Shown piece after piece: positions 10,385 to 21,693 of a DNA stretch of 64,000 nt. This DNA comes from a bacterium (GTDB taxonomy: Bacteria > SAR324 > NAC60-12). Position 1 is the first letter of the stretch; each line of letters begins with the position of its first letter. The DNA lies in the NCBI GenBank assembly GCA_965209155.1, contig OZ242383.1:2432001-2496000 (forward strand), in the 5' to 3' direction. A program made the position numbers and the translations under genes. The notes beneath the pieces are model-generated. The model was not told the origin of the DNA, did no database searches, and saw only the letters and a list, made by a program, of their open reading frames with translations.

Positions 10385-13103
10385 TCACCAGCGCAAAGCG
10401 GCGGTCATCATCACGCTGTGAACGGCTTCGTCATCGTATGCAGCCTCGCGACGGGTGCCTTCCAGGTTCAGGTCAGTCCCCGGAGCCACTTGCCAACGCG
10501 CTCCCATGCGCCCCAATTGCGAACCTTCGTCGGCGAGTTCAAGCCCCGCAAAAGGCGTCACCACCCCGAAGCCGGGCTTCGCGTTGAGTCCGTAGCCAAC
10601 CTCCGTATGCATGCGCCCCATTCCCGGGTCGACCGGTAACACCGCACTGGCGCTGGCGCTCTCCCACAGCCGTTGAACGCCACTCTCCGTCTGGCCCCAG
10701 GCCGGCTTCACGCTGACCATCAGTCCACGGTTTGCCTCACCCGGATCGAATTGCACCAGCCCACTCACACCCCATTCCTCGTAATCGCCGCTATGAGCGA
10801 ACAGGATCCTGGCACGGCCCTCGATGGTCAGTCCCGAAGCCAGGTCCACGTAGCGCAAGGCGCCGCCGGTTTCCAAGCTGCTGCCCGTCTCACCGTCGCC
10901 ACCGTCTTGGCGCAGGCCGAATTCCAGCAAGGGCGCCAGCGTTGCCCCCGAGGCGAGTTCGTGAACGTGCGAGCCTTCGAGCATCACCCGCTGCCGGTTG
11001 GTACTCAACCTCAAGCTTTCGAGCGTCCCGGCGCCTTCGACGTCGGCCCACGTGAAGGCCGTCTCGGCCTTGAGCCGCAGGTTCGTCGTGCCGCCTTCAA
11101 AAAACCGGTCACTGGCAGCCAGCGACCATGAGATGCCTGCCGCTACCATACGCTGCGTCAGGTCGCTCGCTTGCGCACCATCCGGTTCGACGTTGACCTT
11201 GACCTCGCCCGATCCAAAACCGGCCGTGGCCCACAGGTTCGTACCACGCCTCTGCCAGCCCACGTAGGGGTGGATGCTCGTCAGGGTGGTGGTGAACTCG
11301 CCCGACAACTCGTAGGAGTCCTTGTAATTCAGCGTCCCCCGCGCTTGCGCCACTGAGAATCCTGCCAGCATATTCGCGCTCAGCCAAGTGTCGATGCCGA
11401 GGTGGGCGCTCGTCACGTTGCCATCGTATTCCAGGTTCTGCGGGTCGCCGCCCGATAGACTGCGATAGTCCCCGCTTCCCCAGAGCGTCATGTTCCCGAA
11501 CTGGCGCTCGCTGCCACGGTCGTGGCCACTGACCGCCAAGGTGAACGAAGAGTCCGCAAGCAGTTGGTCGAGTTCGAAGGTGCCGTCCTCCAGGGCCTGT
11601 CCATTGGCCAGCAGGACACCGGAGAGCGTGGAAGCGCCACCGAGGCTGAGGCTGTTCTCCGGCGCGATTCCGGAGGATGCCTGCTGGATGCGGCCGGAAA
11701 CGGCATCGACCGTGCTGGCCGTCATGGCCCGCATGACTTGCGGCAGCAAGACCTTGACGGTGTTGTTCTGGCGCGGGGCTTCCTCCTTGGAGGGGGTCAG
11801 GTAGAAGCCCGAAGCGATAATGAGATTGGTGCGGAATTCGGTCCCGTCCAATGCCGTGGTCGTTCTTACGAATTGTCTGGCATAACCCACCTTGGGAATA
11901 TCAGTGCTGTCGCTGTCGTCGGCGGGGTTGTCGAAGTGATATTCCCAGAATCCGCCTTCCGGGCTACTCCTCGCCGCCCTGACTAGCTGTGCGAAAAATG
12001 AGTTCACCGGTAACGGCGTCCCTGTTTATCCCTCCGCGTCGGAGCTCCAATTGATCCGGAAATCCTCCGTGAAACAGGATCAGGTTGCTGTCGCCGTCTA
12101 CGATGTGGATGTACACGGAACCGTGTCTCCAGGGGCCGTTCGGGTCCCGCAAGGCAAGCCTGGCTTTTTGGAAAGCCACCCGGGATGCGGCTGTCGTGGG
12201 TGCGTTTCTCACGGTTTCCGCGATGAATTTCAACGCCTCTCCGACAAACTGTTTCAGGGTCGCGCGGTCCACCACCTCGCGGGCCGTGATGGTCGGACTG
12301 CCGTAATCGATTACCTCGTCCGCCAGGTGCGATGCGTTGAGATCGAATCCCGTAAGCATCACGAATGGACGTCTCGCATTGACCGAGACATAAGAAGCTG
12401 CATGACCGGATATCCCTCCACGAAGATTAAACGCGGCATGAGGTTCGCTTTCCAGGTAGGTGGTGAGCCTGTTCAGCGCATCGCTCCTGGCGGCAGCGTC
12501 GGTAGAACGCAGGCCAGCCAGAATCGCCGGTGGGGTACCGAGCGCATGGAGAATCCCTGCATAGATATCGGGTTTCAGCTTCCCGGCCGAAAGGGACATG
12601 CGCTTCGCATGAAGGTAAACCCGCCCGTCGGGCGTCAGCGTCACGAGGTAAATGTCACCGGAACGCCAGGGGCCGCCATCCTGTCTGAGCCGGCAACCCG
12701 TGTATGCAATTTGCGCCGGCGTCGGTTTTTCGGAGCCCGTTCCCGTGAACTGATTTCTCGCTGCCAACGTAAATTGCTCCAAGGTGGCGCTGCCGTCCAC
12801 CACATCTTGCGCCGTCACCGGAGGGTCCGCAGGAACTGTCACGCCGGCAGGGAGTGGACAGGGGGCGTCAGCCTGCGCCAGGGCGAGGCGCCCTTCGAAA
12901 CAGGAGACAGCCATTACCAGCAGGCCGAGCACAATCAATAAATTCGTCCTGCGTATCGTTGTCCGGGGTCGCGGCTCAGGTTTTCCTTGTTGGGACAGGT
13001 TTAAACGAGAAATGACAAATGGTAGTCTTCCGCGTGTCCATGCCCAAGGTCTGACGGCTGGAGAAATGGACCTACTGCGGTTGCGCTCATCGACTTTTTT
13101 CAT
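10385..13103 (-). pseudogene. Frameshifted autotransporter-like outer-membrane protein with tandem Cache-like passenger domains
   Basis: Two overlapping ORFs (11964-13103 and 10385-12007) join if one A is removed from the A5 run at 11994-11998, giving GELIF/AQLVRAA; repeated GPWRxGxxY units; C-terminal beta-barrel ending in W. Confidence 0.75.
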
Positions 13104-13292
13104 ATCAACCTCTTTAAAGATGTATTAAATCAGACTCCTCAAAAATTCGTTCTGACTAATTTATTGATTGTCTCATGTTCCATGTATGGAACTTGCAGGA
13201 GGGCGCATTTTATTCAGACGGCATAATTTAGTCAAACATTTTTTCAAATGGGCGGTTCATTGCCAGGACAAACGCATCATGAGACCGCCTCT

Positions 13293-13715
13293 CTACCGGC
13301 CCTCCACCTCCTCCCGCAGGCGTTCTTCCTGCTCTACCTGCTCCGGGGTCATGATCTCGCTGAAGTCTGCTGTCTCGAACAAGGGGCGAATCTCCATTTC
13401 ACTGGAACCCGGCATGGGATTGGGGCAACGCTTCACCCAATCGACGGCCTCATCCATGTCCTTCACCTCCCACAACCAGAATCCAGCCACCAGTTCGCTG
13501 ACTGCTGGGAAGGGACCGTCAATAACGGTACGTCCCTCTCCGTCGAAGACCACTCTCTTGCCTTCCGACGAGGGCTTGATTCCCTCACCGCCCCGCATGA
13601 TCCCGGCGTCGACCAGCTCTTGATTGAAGTTTCCCATGGCCTCGATGAGTTCGCCGGAAGGCATCATGCCGGCTTCACTGTCGGCGGTGGCTTTGACCAG
13701 AACGATTACACGCAT
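13293..13715 (-). CDS. YciI family (DGPF-domain) protein
   Basis: MRVIVLVKAT, VIDGPF, LVAGFW, EIRP. Confidence 0.9.
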   Translation of the reverse strand: MRVIVLVKATADSEAGMMPSGELIEAMGNFNQELVDAGIMRGGEGIKPSSEGKRVVFDGEGRTVIDGPFPAVSELVAGFWLWEVKDMDEAVDWVKRCPNPMPGSSEMEIRPLFETADFSEIMTPEQVEQEERLREEVEGR

Positions 13716-13853
13716 TTGTGATCTCCATTGATGAAATTGCATTATTACATAAATAGAACAACCAGTGTCCAAGGGTTGTAATAAATTGAAATTGGAAAAA
13801 TTGCAAACAAATCTCTCTCCTTGTGCGAATGGATTGAAGTCGTTGGACTCCTC

Positions 13854-14627
13854 TCAGACGCGTACAAAGACAATCTGCCGCATTCCCCACGAGATTTCGG
13901 ACTCGTCTCCTGGTTGTCGTCTCAAATCGTTCAGGTCAGACTGGAGCTGTTGTATGGTACCAGGGGAATAATTCGCCTTGATGAAAAGATTATCTTTCCA
14001 TGTCCGGATATTGTAAAAGAACATGGAGGCGGCACGAGCAGTCGGCACTTTCAAATGCCGGACCTCACTGGCGAGTCTTTCCAGTGTCTCCGGTTCTTTC
14101 ATACTGTTCAATTGCGGACCAATGTACAGTTGGTTACCTTGCTGAACCAACATCGTTTGCAGTATGCCGAGGTAGCTCGCCAATGTAGTCTGATTTGTCT
14201 CGATCCACTCCACTTCATCCATCAACAATCGTCCTCCTGGACAAAGCTGGCTTGCCCACCTGGCAATCGTTTCGTGAGGATCTTTCAAGTGCGTGAGAAG
14301 GAATCGGCAGTAGAGGAGGTCGCAGGGTCCCAAAGGGAATGGGACCAAGGTGACGTCGTGGTGATAAAATGAAACCTTTCTGGATCCTTTTTTTCGAGCA
14401 TGCGCAATGAACTGCGCTGAATTATCGAGCCCTGCCACATTGTGGCATTGGAGGACGTCTGCCAAGAAATGAGTGGAAAAACCGGGTCCGCACCCCAGGT
14501 CCAAGGCAAGACTTATCGGACCAACAGTCGACTCTTGTAGAAAGGGTTTGCTGGATTCCGCGAATACGTTTGCCAGCAGGTGCAACCTCCGAGTGGCCGG
14601 TTCCGTGTCACCAAAGAGATATCTCAT
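13854..14627 (-). CDS. Class I SAM-dependent methyltransferase (Tam-like)
   Basis: LDLGCGPG, GLDNS, YCRFLLTHL. Confidence 0.85.
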   Translation of the reverse strand: MRYLFGDTEPATRRLHLLANVFAESSKPFLQESTVGPISLALDLGCGPGFSTHFLADVLQCHNVAGLDNSAQFIAHARKKGSRKVSFYHHDVTLVPFPLGPCDLLYCRFLLTHLKDPHETIARWASQLCPGGRLLMDEVEWIETNQTTLASYLGILQTMLVQQGNQLYIGPQLNSMKEPETLERLASEVRHLKVPTARAASMFFYNIRTWKDNLFIKANYSPGTIQQLQSDLNDLRRQPGDESEISWGMRQIVFVRV

Positions 14628-14719
14628 GAAATTTTTCGTTGACTTCTTAAATGAGATAAGAGACGATATTTATGATATAGGTCATGTTTTTCATCCGGAA
14701 CTCGAATCATAGGGGAATT

Positions 14720-15334
14720 ATGAATCAGTGGAAAGTTTTAAGCATCGGTTTGCTCGTCCTGTCAGCCGCATCGGTCGCGATGGCAGATGACATGAAGGTA
14801 AAATCCGGAGCATGGTACCTGAATACCGGGTATGGGAACACCGGTATCATCGGTGACGATGAAACGGATAATGATTCTTTGCAACTGAAACTCGGCGAGC
14901 AGGTTTTCACCGTGAACCTCGGCAGGGAAGTATTCAGGAACAATAACCTCACTCTTTCACTCGAGGGCGGCATAAACTTTCACCCGGAAGATACGAGGTG
15001 CATCACCCCCGGTCCTGAGATAAAAAGTTGCTCGGTAACTTCTGGTTACGCCGCACGTCTCGGCGCGTTGGCAACGATACCGCTGGGCAATCTCAACCTT
15101 ACCTTCGGTCTCGGTGCAGGCCAATACATCCTGGATTTCGTATTCAAGGCCACGGTTGGAGACTATCATGTGAAGGATAAGGCAGATACCTACGGAGAGT
15201 TTCTGGACTTTGTCGCCGGTGTCGAGTGGAATCTTTCCAAAGAGTTCGCCGTCGGTGCGGAAGTGCGACATTTTCAATATAAGGAAATTGAACTAGCCAC
15301 GGCAATCGGGATCAATGCAAAAATTCGATTCTGA
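14720..15334 (+). CDS. Small outer-membrane beta-barrel protein
   Basis: Signal peptide ending AMA, alternating amphipathic strands, C-terminal Phe. Confidence 0.7.
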   Translation: MNQWKVLSIGLLVLSAASVAMADDMKVKSGAWYLNTGYGNTGIIGDDETDNDSLQLKLGEQVFTVNLGREVFRNNNLTLSLEGGINFHPEDTRCITPGPEIKSCSVTSGYAARLGALATIPLGNLNLTFGLGAGQYILDFVFKATVGDYHVKDKADTYGEFLDFVAGVEWNLSKEFAVGAEVRHFQYKEIELATAIGINAKIRF

Positions 15335-15348
15335 ACTGGAGAGTGGCC

Positions 15349-16218
15349 ATGATGAATTCGCGCAGCAGGCGAATGGTGGAAGAAGGATTTTGCGTTTTTG
15401 AAAAGGTTTTTACTCCGGAAGACCTGGATCCAATCCGCAAGGTATCAATACAAGCGGTAAAATCACTCTCAACCGACCACAGGGTTCGAAACAAATCCCA
15501 GGGAAGCCTCATATTGATTGCCGATTATCCGGAATTTTCCCACCTGATCGGACATGAAAAACTGGCTCACCTTTTCACTGAGATGGAATTCTCGGACCCT
15601 CGTTTCAATTCAGGTTACATCATCAGCAAACCTGCTTTCAGCCCCGCTTTATTCTGGCACCAGGACTGGTGGGGATGGAACCACCAATTTTCCTATACGA
15701 GCGAAATCGCCCAGTTTTTCGTGATGGTCTACCTCCAGGATACCAACGTGGAAAATGGCTGTCTCAGGGTCATCCCCGGTACGCATCGCGTACCCCATCC
15801 TTTTCATGAGAGTCAAGACGCTCATGCGGAGAGTCTTTCCCGGGTCGATGATCCCCATGATCCACTCTATCTTCACGTGAAGGGTCAAGTGGAGGTTCCG
15901 GTCCGATATGGAGACGTGGTATTCGGAGATTCCAGGTTGATCCACAGTTCCTTTCCCAACCAATCGCAGGAAGAACGGACACTGATCACACTCTGGTTTC
16001 ATCCCCATTACGCTCGTCTCCCTGAAGCGATTCAGGCCAGGATTTATGAAATGTTTCAGCGCAAAGGAGTCGATACCGACCCGGATGGCCCCAATTCCAT
16101 GACATTGCCCAATTGGCCCCCCCACTATCGTCGAAAGGTCGAATCTTTATTCCCGCATTGTCCTGAAAACGTGGAACCCAATCCCTGGTGCCGTGAGCCC
16201 GATTGGCCGGAAAAATAA
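15349..16218 (+). CDS. Phytanoyl-CoA dioxygenase (PhyH) family Fe(II)/2OG oxygenase
   Basis: WHQD, NGCLRVIPGTH, LIHSS, N..R. Confidence 0.88.
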   Translation: MMNSRSRRMVEEGFCVFEKVFTPEDLDPIRKVSIQAVKSLSTDHRVRNKSQGSLILIADYPEFSHLIGHEKLAHLFTEMEFSDPRFNSGYIISKPAFSPALFWHQDWWGWNHQFSYTSEIAQFFVMVYLQDTNVENGCLRVIPGTHRVPHPFHESQDAHAESLSRVDDPHDPLYLHVKGQVEVPVRYGDVVFGDSRLIHSSFPNQSQEERTLITLWFHPHYARLPEAIQARIYEMFQRKGVDTDPDGPNSMTLPNWPPHYRRKVESLFPHCPENVEPNPWCREPDWPEK

Positions 16219-16245
16219 TAATTTATTACGTGAATATAGTAAAAA

Positions 16246-17793
16246 ATGAATGGCGCAGAGAGTTTAATTCGAACACTGGTTAATGCAGGCGTTGAAATTT
16301 GTTTTGTCAATCCCGGTACCACGGAAGTCCATTTGGTTCAAGCATTGGATGCCGTTCCCGAAATGCGTGCCGTTCTGGCTTTGTTCGAAGGAGTCTGTAC
16401 CGGGGCGGCTGACGGTTATGGCCGCATGAAAGGCCAACCTGCTGCCACTTTGCTGCACCTGGGACCCGGCCTGGCCAATGGAATCGCCAATTTACACAAC
16501 GCCCGTCGCGCTGCCAGTCCAATCATCAACCTGGTGGGCAATCACCCCCACTACCACCTGCAATATGATGCGCCGCTCACCTCCAATATCGAAACCCTGG
16601 CACTAAATTTTTCCTCCTGGTACAAGGAAAACAGCACGGCTCGGACTATCGCCCGGGATGGAGCCGACGCGGTCACCGCCGCTTTGACCGCCAAGGCCGG
16701 TAGCAAGGGTCAAATCGCCACGCTGGCTTTACCAACCGACGCTTGTTGGGGTGAATCACCCGGTCTCGCTGCTCCCAATCCGCTTCCCACTCGTAGCGCC
16801 GTCGACGGCGATACGGTGGACCAGGCCGCACGCATCCTGGAGCCGGATTCAGCCTTGTTGCTGGACGGTCCCGCGTTACTGGAAGAAGGACTGGAGATTG
16901 CCAACGGTATTGCAGAAGTCAGTGGAAGTCAGGTCTGGTGTTCGGGATTCCCGGCACGTCTCGAAGGGGGAGTGGGACGGGGGAAGGTGAGCCGTGTTCC
17001 TTATTTTCCAGAAGATATCCAACAAAAAATGACAGGAATCCGGAAATTGATATTGGCCGGAAGCCGGCCGCCCGTCAGCTTTTTCGCCTATCAAAATACG
17101 CCGGGTTACCTGGTTCCTGAAGATTGTTCCCTTTTCACTCTGGCACGACCTGAAGAAGACGTCGTAGGCGCCTTGCAGGCAGTGGCGGATTCCTTGAAGG
17201 CCCCTGCAAATTCAGGCCCACGCAATCCATTCGTTGAAATCGACCTGCCAACAGGACAGTTGAACCTGGATAAGATCGGCGCGATCGTGGCCGCCCTCGC
17301 TCCGGAGAACACGATCTTCTCCCTCGATTCAGGAGGGGGACGCTCCGTCTACGCATTGACGCAAAAAGCCGCCCCCCACACCTGGTTGAACATCACGGGC
17401 GGCGCTATTGGACAAGGGGGGCCCGTGGCCATTGGAGCCGCCATCGCCGCACCGGATCGTCGCGTCATCACGTTGGCTGGAGATGGAGGCGCGATGTACA
17501 CCAACCAGGCGTTCTGGACCCAGGCCCGGGAAGGATTGAATATCACCACCATCCTTTTCTCCAATCGGTCCTACGGAATCCTGGAAACAGAATACTGGAG
17601 ACTGGGAGTCAACGAAATCGGGGAAAGGGCGTCCCGTCTCTTCAGCTTACGCAACCCGGATATCGATTGGGTGGGATTGGCAAAAAGCATGGGGATCCCG
17701 GGCATCTCCGTGGAGACGTCTGATGCCTTGATAGACCACCTGCAAAGAAGCTTCTCCCAGGACGGGCCCTATCTCATCGAAACCCTCTATTGA
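16246..17793 (+). CDS. Thiamine-diphosphate enzyme, acetolactate synthase large subunit-like
   Basis: NPGTTE, ADGYGR, LHLGPGLANG, GDGG...N TPP motif. Confidence 0.88.
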   Translation: MNGAESLIRTLVNAGVEICFVNPGTTEVHLVQALDAVPEMRAVLALFEGVCTGAADGYGRMKGQPAATLLHLGPGLANGIANLHNARRAASPIINLVGNHPHYHLQYDAPLTSNIETLALNFSSWYKENSTARTIARDGADAVTAALTAKAGSKGQIATLALPTDACWGESPGLAAPNPLPTRSAVDGDTVDQAARILEPDSALLLDGPALLEEGLEIANGIAEVSGSQVWCSGFPARLEGGVGRGKVSRVPYFPEDIQQKMTGIRKLILAGSRPPVSFFAYQNTPGYLVPEDCSLFTLARPEEDVVGALQAVADSLKAPANSGPRNPFVEIDLPTGQLNLDKIGAIVAALAPENTIFSLDSGGGRSVYALTQKAAPHTWLNITGGAIGQGGPVAIGAAIAAPDRRVITLAGDGGAMYTNQAFWTQAREGLNITTILFSNRSYGILETEYWRLGVNEIGERASRLFSLRNPDIDWVGLAKSMGIPGISVETSDALIDHLQRSFSQDGPYLIETLY

Positions 17794-17832
17794 ACCTGCA
17801 CGCTGCTTCAATGAAAGCATTCCCCTTGCAAG

Positions 17833-19101
17833 ATGAAAAAAATCAACCAGTTCCATGAATCTCTGGAGTTGATCCTGGCGCATAGCCATCCACTGGAAAG
17901 CGAGCAGATTCCTTTCCAGGAGGCGCTGGGACGGATTTTGGCGGAGGACGTGATCGCTTCGAGAAACGATCCGCCTGCAGCCAAATCCGCAATGGACGGA
18001 TACTGCCTGCGCGCAAATGATACTCGATCAGCGCGGCCTGAATCTCCCGTAGAGTTGCCATTTTCAGGCGTGTTGGCGGCCGGTCATCCTTTCCCGGAAA
18101 AACTGATCCCGGGAAGCGCTTTGAAAATCATGACCGGATCGCTGCTTCCGGAAGGGGCTGATGCCGTGGTCAAGCAGGAGGATGTCCGGGAAATGGAAAG
18201 GGGAAGCATTGCGCTGGAAGGTCCTCTGCAATGTGGAGAAAATGTGCTTCTCAAAGGTTCTCAGCAAAGGCGGGGAGAACGCGTATTGCGCAAGGGGAGC
18301 CCGGTCACCCCGCAGGTGCTGGGTATGTTGGCCAAATTGGGAACAGTCGAATTGAAGGCGTATCGTCGTCCGCATGTGGCATTACTGGCCATCGGAGATG
18401 AACTGGTCGAGCCGGGAATGCCGTTACGAATGGAACAATCGTACGTCAGTAACCTTTATTCATTGTGCGCGGCCGTGAAACGGTGTGGTGGTATCCCTCA
18501 TCGCCTTGGCATCGCCAGGGACGATCCCGGTCAAATTGCGCGGATGCTTCGACCTTCCCTGGACGATACGCAATCATTCGCAGGTTCTTCTCCGCAACGC
18601 ATCATCGTCACGCTCGGCGGGTCCAGGCGTGGCACTCATGACTACGCACATGCGGTGTTGGAATCTCTGGGAACCAACATTCATTTTCGCGAAACCAACA
18701 TCAATCTCGCTCCTTCGACTATATTCGCCACCTCCGGACGCCGGCTCTTTTTCGCGCTCCCCGGAACCCCAGTACCCTCCTGGGCGGCCTTCGAGCTGTT
18801 CCTGCGCCCTGCCTTGTGGAAAATGGCAGGACGGGAGCACCTGCAGCCTGCCTTATTTCAAGCCCGGCTGGATTCCCCTTTATCGACGAAAAGGGAGAGA
18901 CGCTGTTTTTTCCCGGGATGGCTCACTTTCAAAGGGAGTGGCCCTCCTTGCGTCTCACCATTGAAAATCCGTCGCAGGGATGATCTTCCCTCTTCCCTCC
19001 TGGCCAACTCGCTTATCCACACTCCAGCAGAACCTCTGGAACTCGAGGAGGGTTCCATGGTGACCGTGGAATGGACTGGCGCGCCCAGCGATTGGCCCTG
19101 A
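17833..19101 (+). CDS. moeA: Molybdopterin molybdotransferase (divergent)
   Basis: SAMDGY, IMTG..LPEGADAVV..E, GDEL, LPG.P. Confidence 0.85.
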   Translation: MKKINQFHESLELILAHSHPLESEQIPFQEALGRILAEDVIASRNDPPAAKSAMDGYCLRANDTRSARPESPVELPFSGVLAAGHPFPEKLIPGSALKIMTGSLLPEGADAVVKQEDVREMERGSIALEGPLQCGENVLLKGSQQRRGERVLRKGSPVTPQVLGMLAKLGTVELKAYRRPHVALLAIGDELVEPGMPLRMEQSYVSNLYSLCAAVKRCGGIPHRLGIARDDPGQIARMLRPSLDDTQSFAGSSPQRIIVTLGGSRRGTHDYAHAVLESLGTNIHFRETNINLAPSTIFATSGRRLFFALPGTPVPSWAAFELFLRPALWKMAGREHLQPALFQARLDSPLSTKRERRCFFPGWLTFKGSGPPCVSPLKIRRRDDLPSSLLANSLIHTPAEPLELEEGSMVTVEWTGAPSDWP

Positions 19102-19175
19102 CCCGCAACCCCTGTTTTCAGAAAATGTGGAAAAGTCCGCAGTGCTCATAACGATCTTTTGAGACAATGATTCGA

Positions 19176-21368
19176 CTACTGCCGGGCTTTCAGTTCCCGG
19201 CGACGCGCGTGTAAAATTGACTCCGTATAACCATTGGGTTCATGGCGTCCCTTGAAGACCAGGTCCATGGCCGCCTGAAATTCAATGCTGGCGTCGAAAT
19301 CCGGCGCCATCTTGCGATACAGCCCATCCCCGGCATTTTGCCGGTCCACCACTACCGCCATTTTTTTGAAAGTTTCGGTCACCTGTTCCGGGGTGGTGAT
19401 GCCGTGATGCAGCCAATTGGCAATATGCTGGCTCGAGATACGTAAAGTGGCCCGGTCTTCCATCAAGCCCACGTCCTCGATGTCGGGTACTTTGGAACAA
19501 CCGACTCCCTGGCCGACCCAACGGACCACGTATCCGAGAATACCCTGGGCGTTGTTGTCCAATTCATTTTGTACCTCATCCGCGCTCAAATTGCGACCCC
19601 GGAGCAGTGGAAGCGTCAAAATATCATCGAGACGGGCACGCTCTCTTTTGGACAACTCCCTTTGTCTTTCCTGCACGTTGACCTTGTGATAATGCATGGC
19701 GTGCAGGGTTGCCGCAGTGGGAGAAGGCACCCAGGCCGTGTTGGCTCCCGCTTGTGGATGTCCGATCTTGCTCTCCACCATGGCTTTCATTTCATCCGGC
19801 ATGGGCCACATGCCTTTGCCGATTTGAGCCTTGCCCGGAAGTCCGCATTCGATACCGATATCGACGTTCCAATCCTCGTATGCCAGGATCCAGGGGCAAT
19901 TCTTGATTTCCAACTTGGGAAAGATCGCGTCCGCTTCCATGTCCGTGTGAATTTCGTCCCCCGTGCGATCCAGGAACCCGGTGTTTATGAAAATCACCCG
20001 ATCTCTGGCAGTACGAATGCACTCTTTCAGATTGACCGTTGTACGCCTTTCTTCATCCATGATACCGATTTTGATCGTCTTGTCGGCCAATCCCAGGGCT
20101 TTTTCCACTCGAGCAAAGAGCTCTACGCTGAAAGCGACTTCTTCGGGACCGTGTTGTTTCGGTTTGACGATGTAAATACTGCCTGCCCGACTGTTTGAAA
20201 CGGGACTGTTGCCCTTCAGGTCATGAATGGCTGCCAGCGAAGTAACCATCGCATCCAAAAAACCTTCCGGAATCGCATTCCCGCCAGAGGTCGTCACTGC
20301 ATCCGTGTACATGTGAATCCCTACGTTGCGCACCAGCAATAAACTGCGTCCGGGAAGGGTCAGTTTCTTTCCCATGGGATCCGTGTAAGCACGATCGGCA
20401 TCGAGCTTTCGAACTTGTTCCCTTCCCTCTTTGTGAAAAGTGGCTTGCAGGGTTCCTTTCATGATTCCGAGCCAGTTGCGATAAACCAGGGTTTTGTCTT
20501 CGGCATCCACCGCGGAAACGGAATCTTCACAATCCTGGATGGTGGTGACCGCCGCTTCCAGCAACACGTCCTTCACACCCGCTGAATGCGACCGGCCTAT
20601 GGGATGATTGCGGTCAATCCGGATTTCAACGTGCAGTCGATTGTTTCGCAGCAACACGCAGCTCAGGGCTCCATTGCTTTGCCTGTATCCCACAAATTGG
20701 GAAGGATCTGCCAGACAAGTTTTTTTCTCATCCTGGAGCATCACGATCAATTCTTGCTTCCCATCTGATTCTTCCAGCATGAAAGCCGTTGCCTGGCTAT
20801 AGCTGCCTTCGCTCAGTGGGAGGGTTTCATCCAGGAAACGATCGGTATAGGCAATCACTCGCGCACCACGAACGGGATTGTATCGTGATCCTTTTTCCGC
20901 TCCATCGTCCTCCGGAATGAGATTGGCGCCATACAAAGCGTCGTAGAGACTGCCCCAACGAGCGTTTGCCGCATTCAGCGCGTAACGAGCGTTATCCACG
21001 GGAACCACCAGTTGGGGTCCGGCAATCGCCGCGATTTCCGGATCGACGTTCATGGTGGTGATGGTAAAATCTTTCTTTTCCGGAACGAGATAGTCGATCT
21101 CCTCGAGAAATGCCCTGTAAGCCTCTTCGTCAAAAGGTATTCCTTTTCTTTCACGGTGCCAGGCATCGATTTTTGCTTGAATCGTATCGCGTTTTTCCAG
21201 CAATTCCCGGTTTTTCGGTCCCAGGTCCCTCGTGATGTCTCCCAATGCCTGCCAAAACGAGTCGGGATCCACTCCCGTACCCGGAGTCATTTCCTCCTGA
21301 ATTAAATCGTATAAGGGCTTTGCGATTCTTAAATCACCCACTTCCATTGCACCATTGCTGCTCATCAC
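19176..21368 (-). CDS. glcB: Malate synthase G
   Basis: [63 protein letters not shown]. Confidence 0.97.
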   Translation of the reverse strand: MMSSNGAMEVGDLRIAKPLYDLIQEEMTPGTGVDPDSFWQALGDITRDLGPKNRELLEKRDTIQAKIDAWHRERKGIPFDEEAYRAFLEEIDYLVPEKKDFTITTMNVDPEIAAIAGPQLVVPVDNARYALNAANARWGSLYDALYGANLIPEDDGAEKGSRYNPVRGARVIAYTDRFLDETLPLSEGSYSQATAFMLEESDGKQELIVMLQDEKKTCLADPSQFVGYRQSNGALSCVLLRNNRLHVEIRIDRNHPIGRSHSAGVKDVLLEAAVTTIQDCEDSVSAVDAEDKTLVYRNWLGIMKGTLQATFHKEGREQVRKLDADRAYTDPMGKKLTLPGRSLLLVRNVGIHMYTDAVTTSGGNAIPEGFLDAMVTSLAAIHDLKGNSPVSNSRAGSIYIVKPKQHGPEEVAFSVELFARVEKALGLADKTIKIGIMDEERRTTVNLKECIRTARDRVIFINTGFLDRTGDEIHTDMEADAIFPKLEIKNCPWILAYEDWNVDIGIECGLPGKAQIGKGMWPMPDEMKAMVESKIGHPQAGANTAWVPSPTAATLHAMHYHKVNVQERQRELSKRERARLDDILTLPLLRGRNLSADEVQNELDNNAQGILGYVVRWVGQGVGCSKVPDIEDVGLMEDRATLRISSQHIANWLHHGITTPEQVTETFKKMAVVVDRQNAGDGLYRKMAPDFDASIEFQAAMDLVFKGRHEPNGYTESILHARRRELKARQ

Positions 21369-21529
21369 TCTTCCTTTATTCGGGTTTTCAAATTTACGGT
21401 TTGTATGGTAACCGACAAGCCTTTCAATCCATCATGGAAACTGTTTTTTTAAAAACGCAGTGTACCTTTTGCTTAAAAATATTCAACACCTTAAAAGTGG
21501 TTGTTTCATTTAAATTGGACCCGCTCAGC

Positions 21530-21664
21530 GGATTTCTCTACTGGCATATGAATTGGCATGCGGAGAATCACATGTATGCCGGTGTTCCATGCTACCATTT
21601 AAAAAAACTACGTGAAGCCATCGCCCACGATATGCCCGAACCCAAAAGCGCTTGGGGGGCGTGG
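21530..21664 (+). pseudogene. Fragment of a membrane fatty-acid desaturase C-terminus
   Basis: FLYWHMNWHAENHMYAGVPCYHL resembles the third His box (HxEHH); no N-terminal portion present. Confidence 0.6.
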
Positions 21665-21693
21665 CTGTACGCGGGGATTGCCTGGATTCTTGT

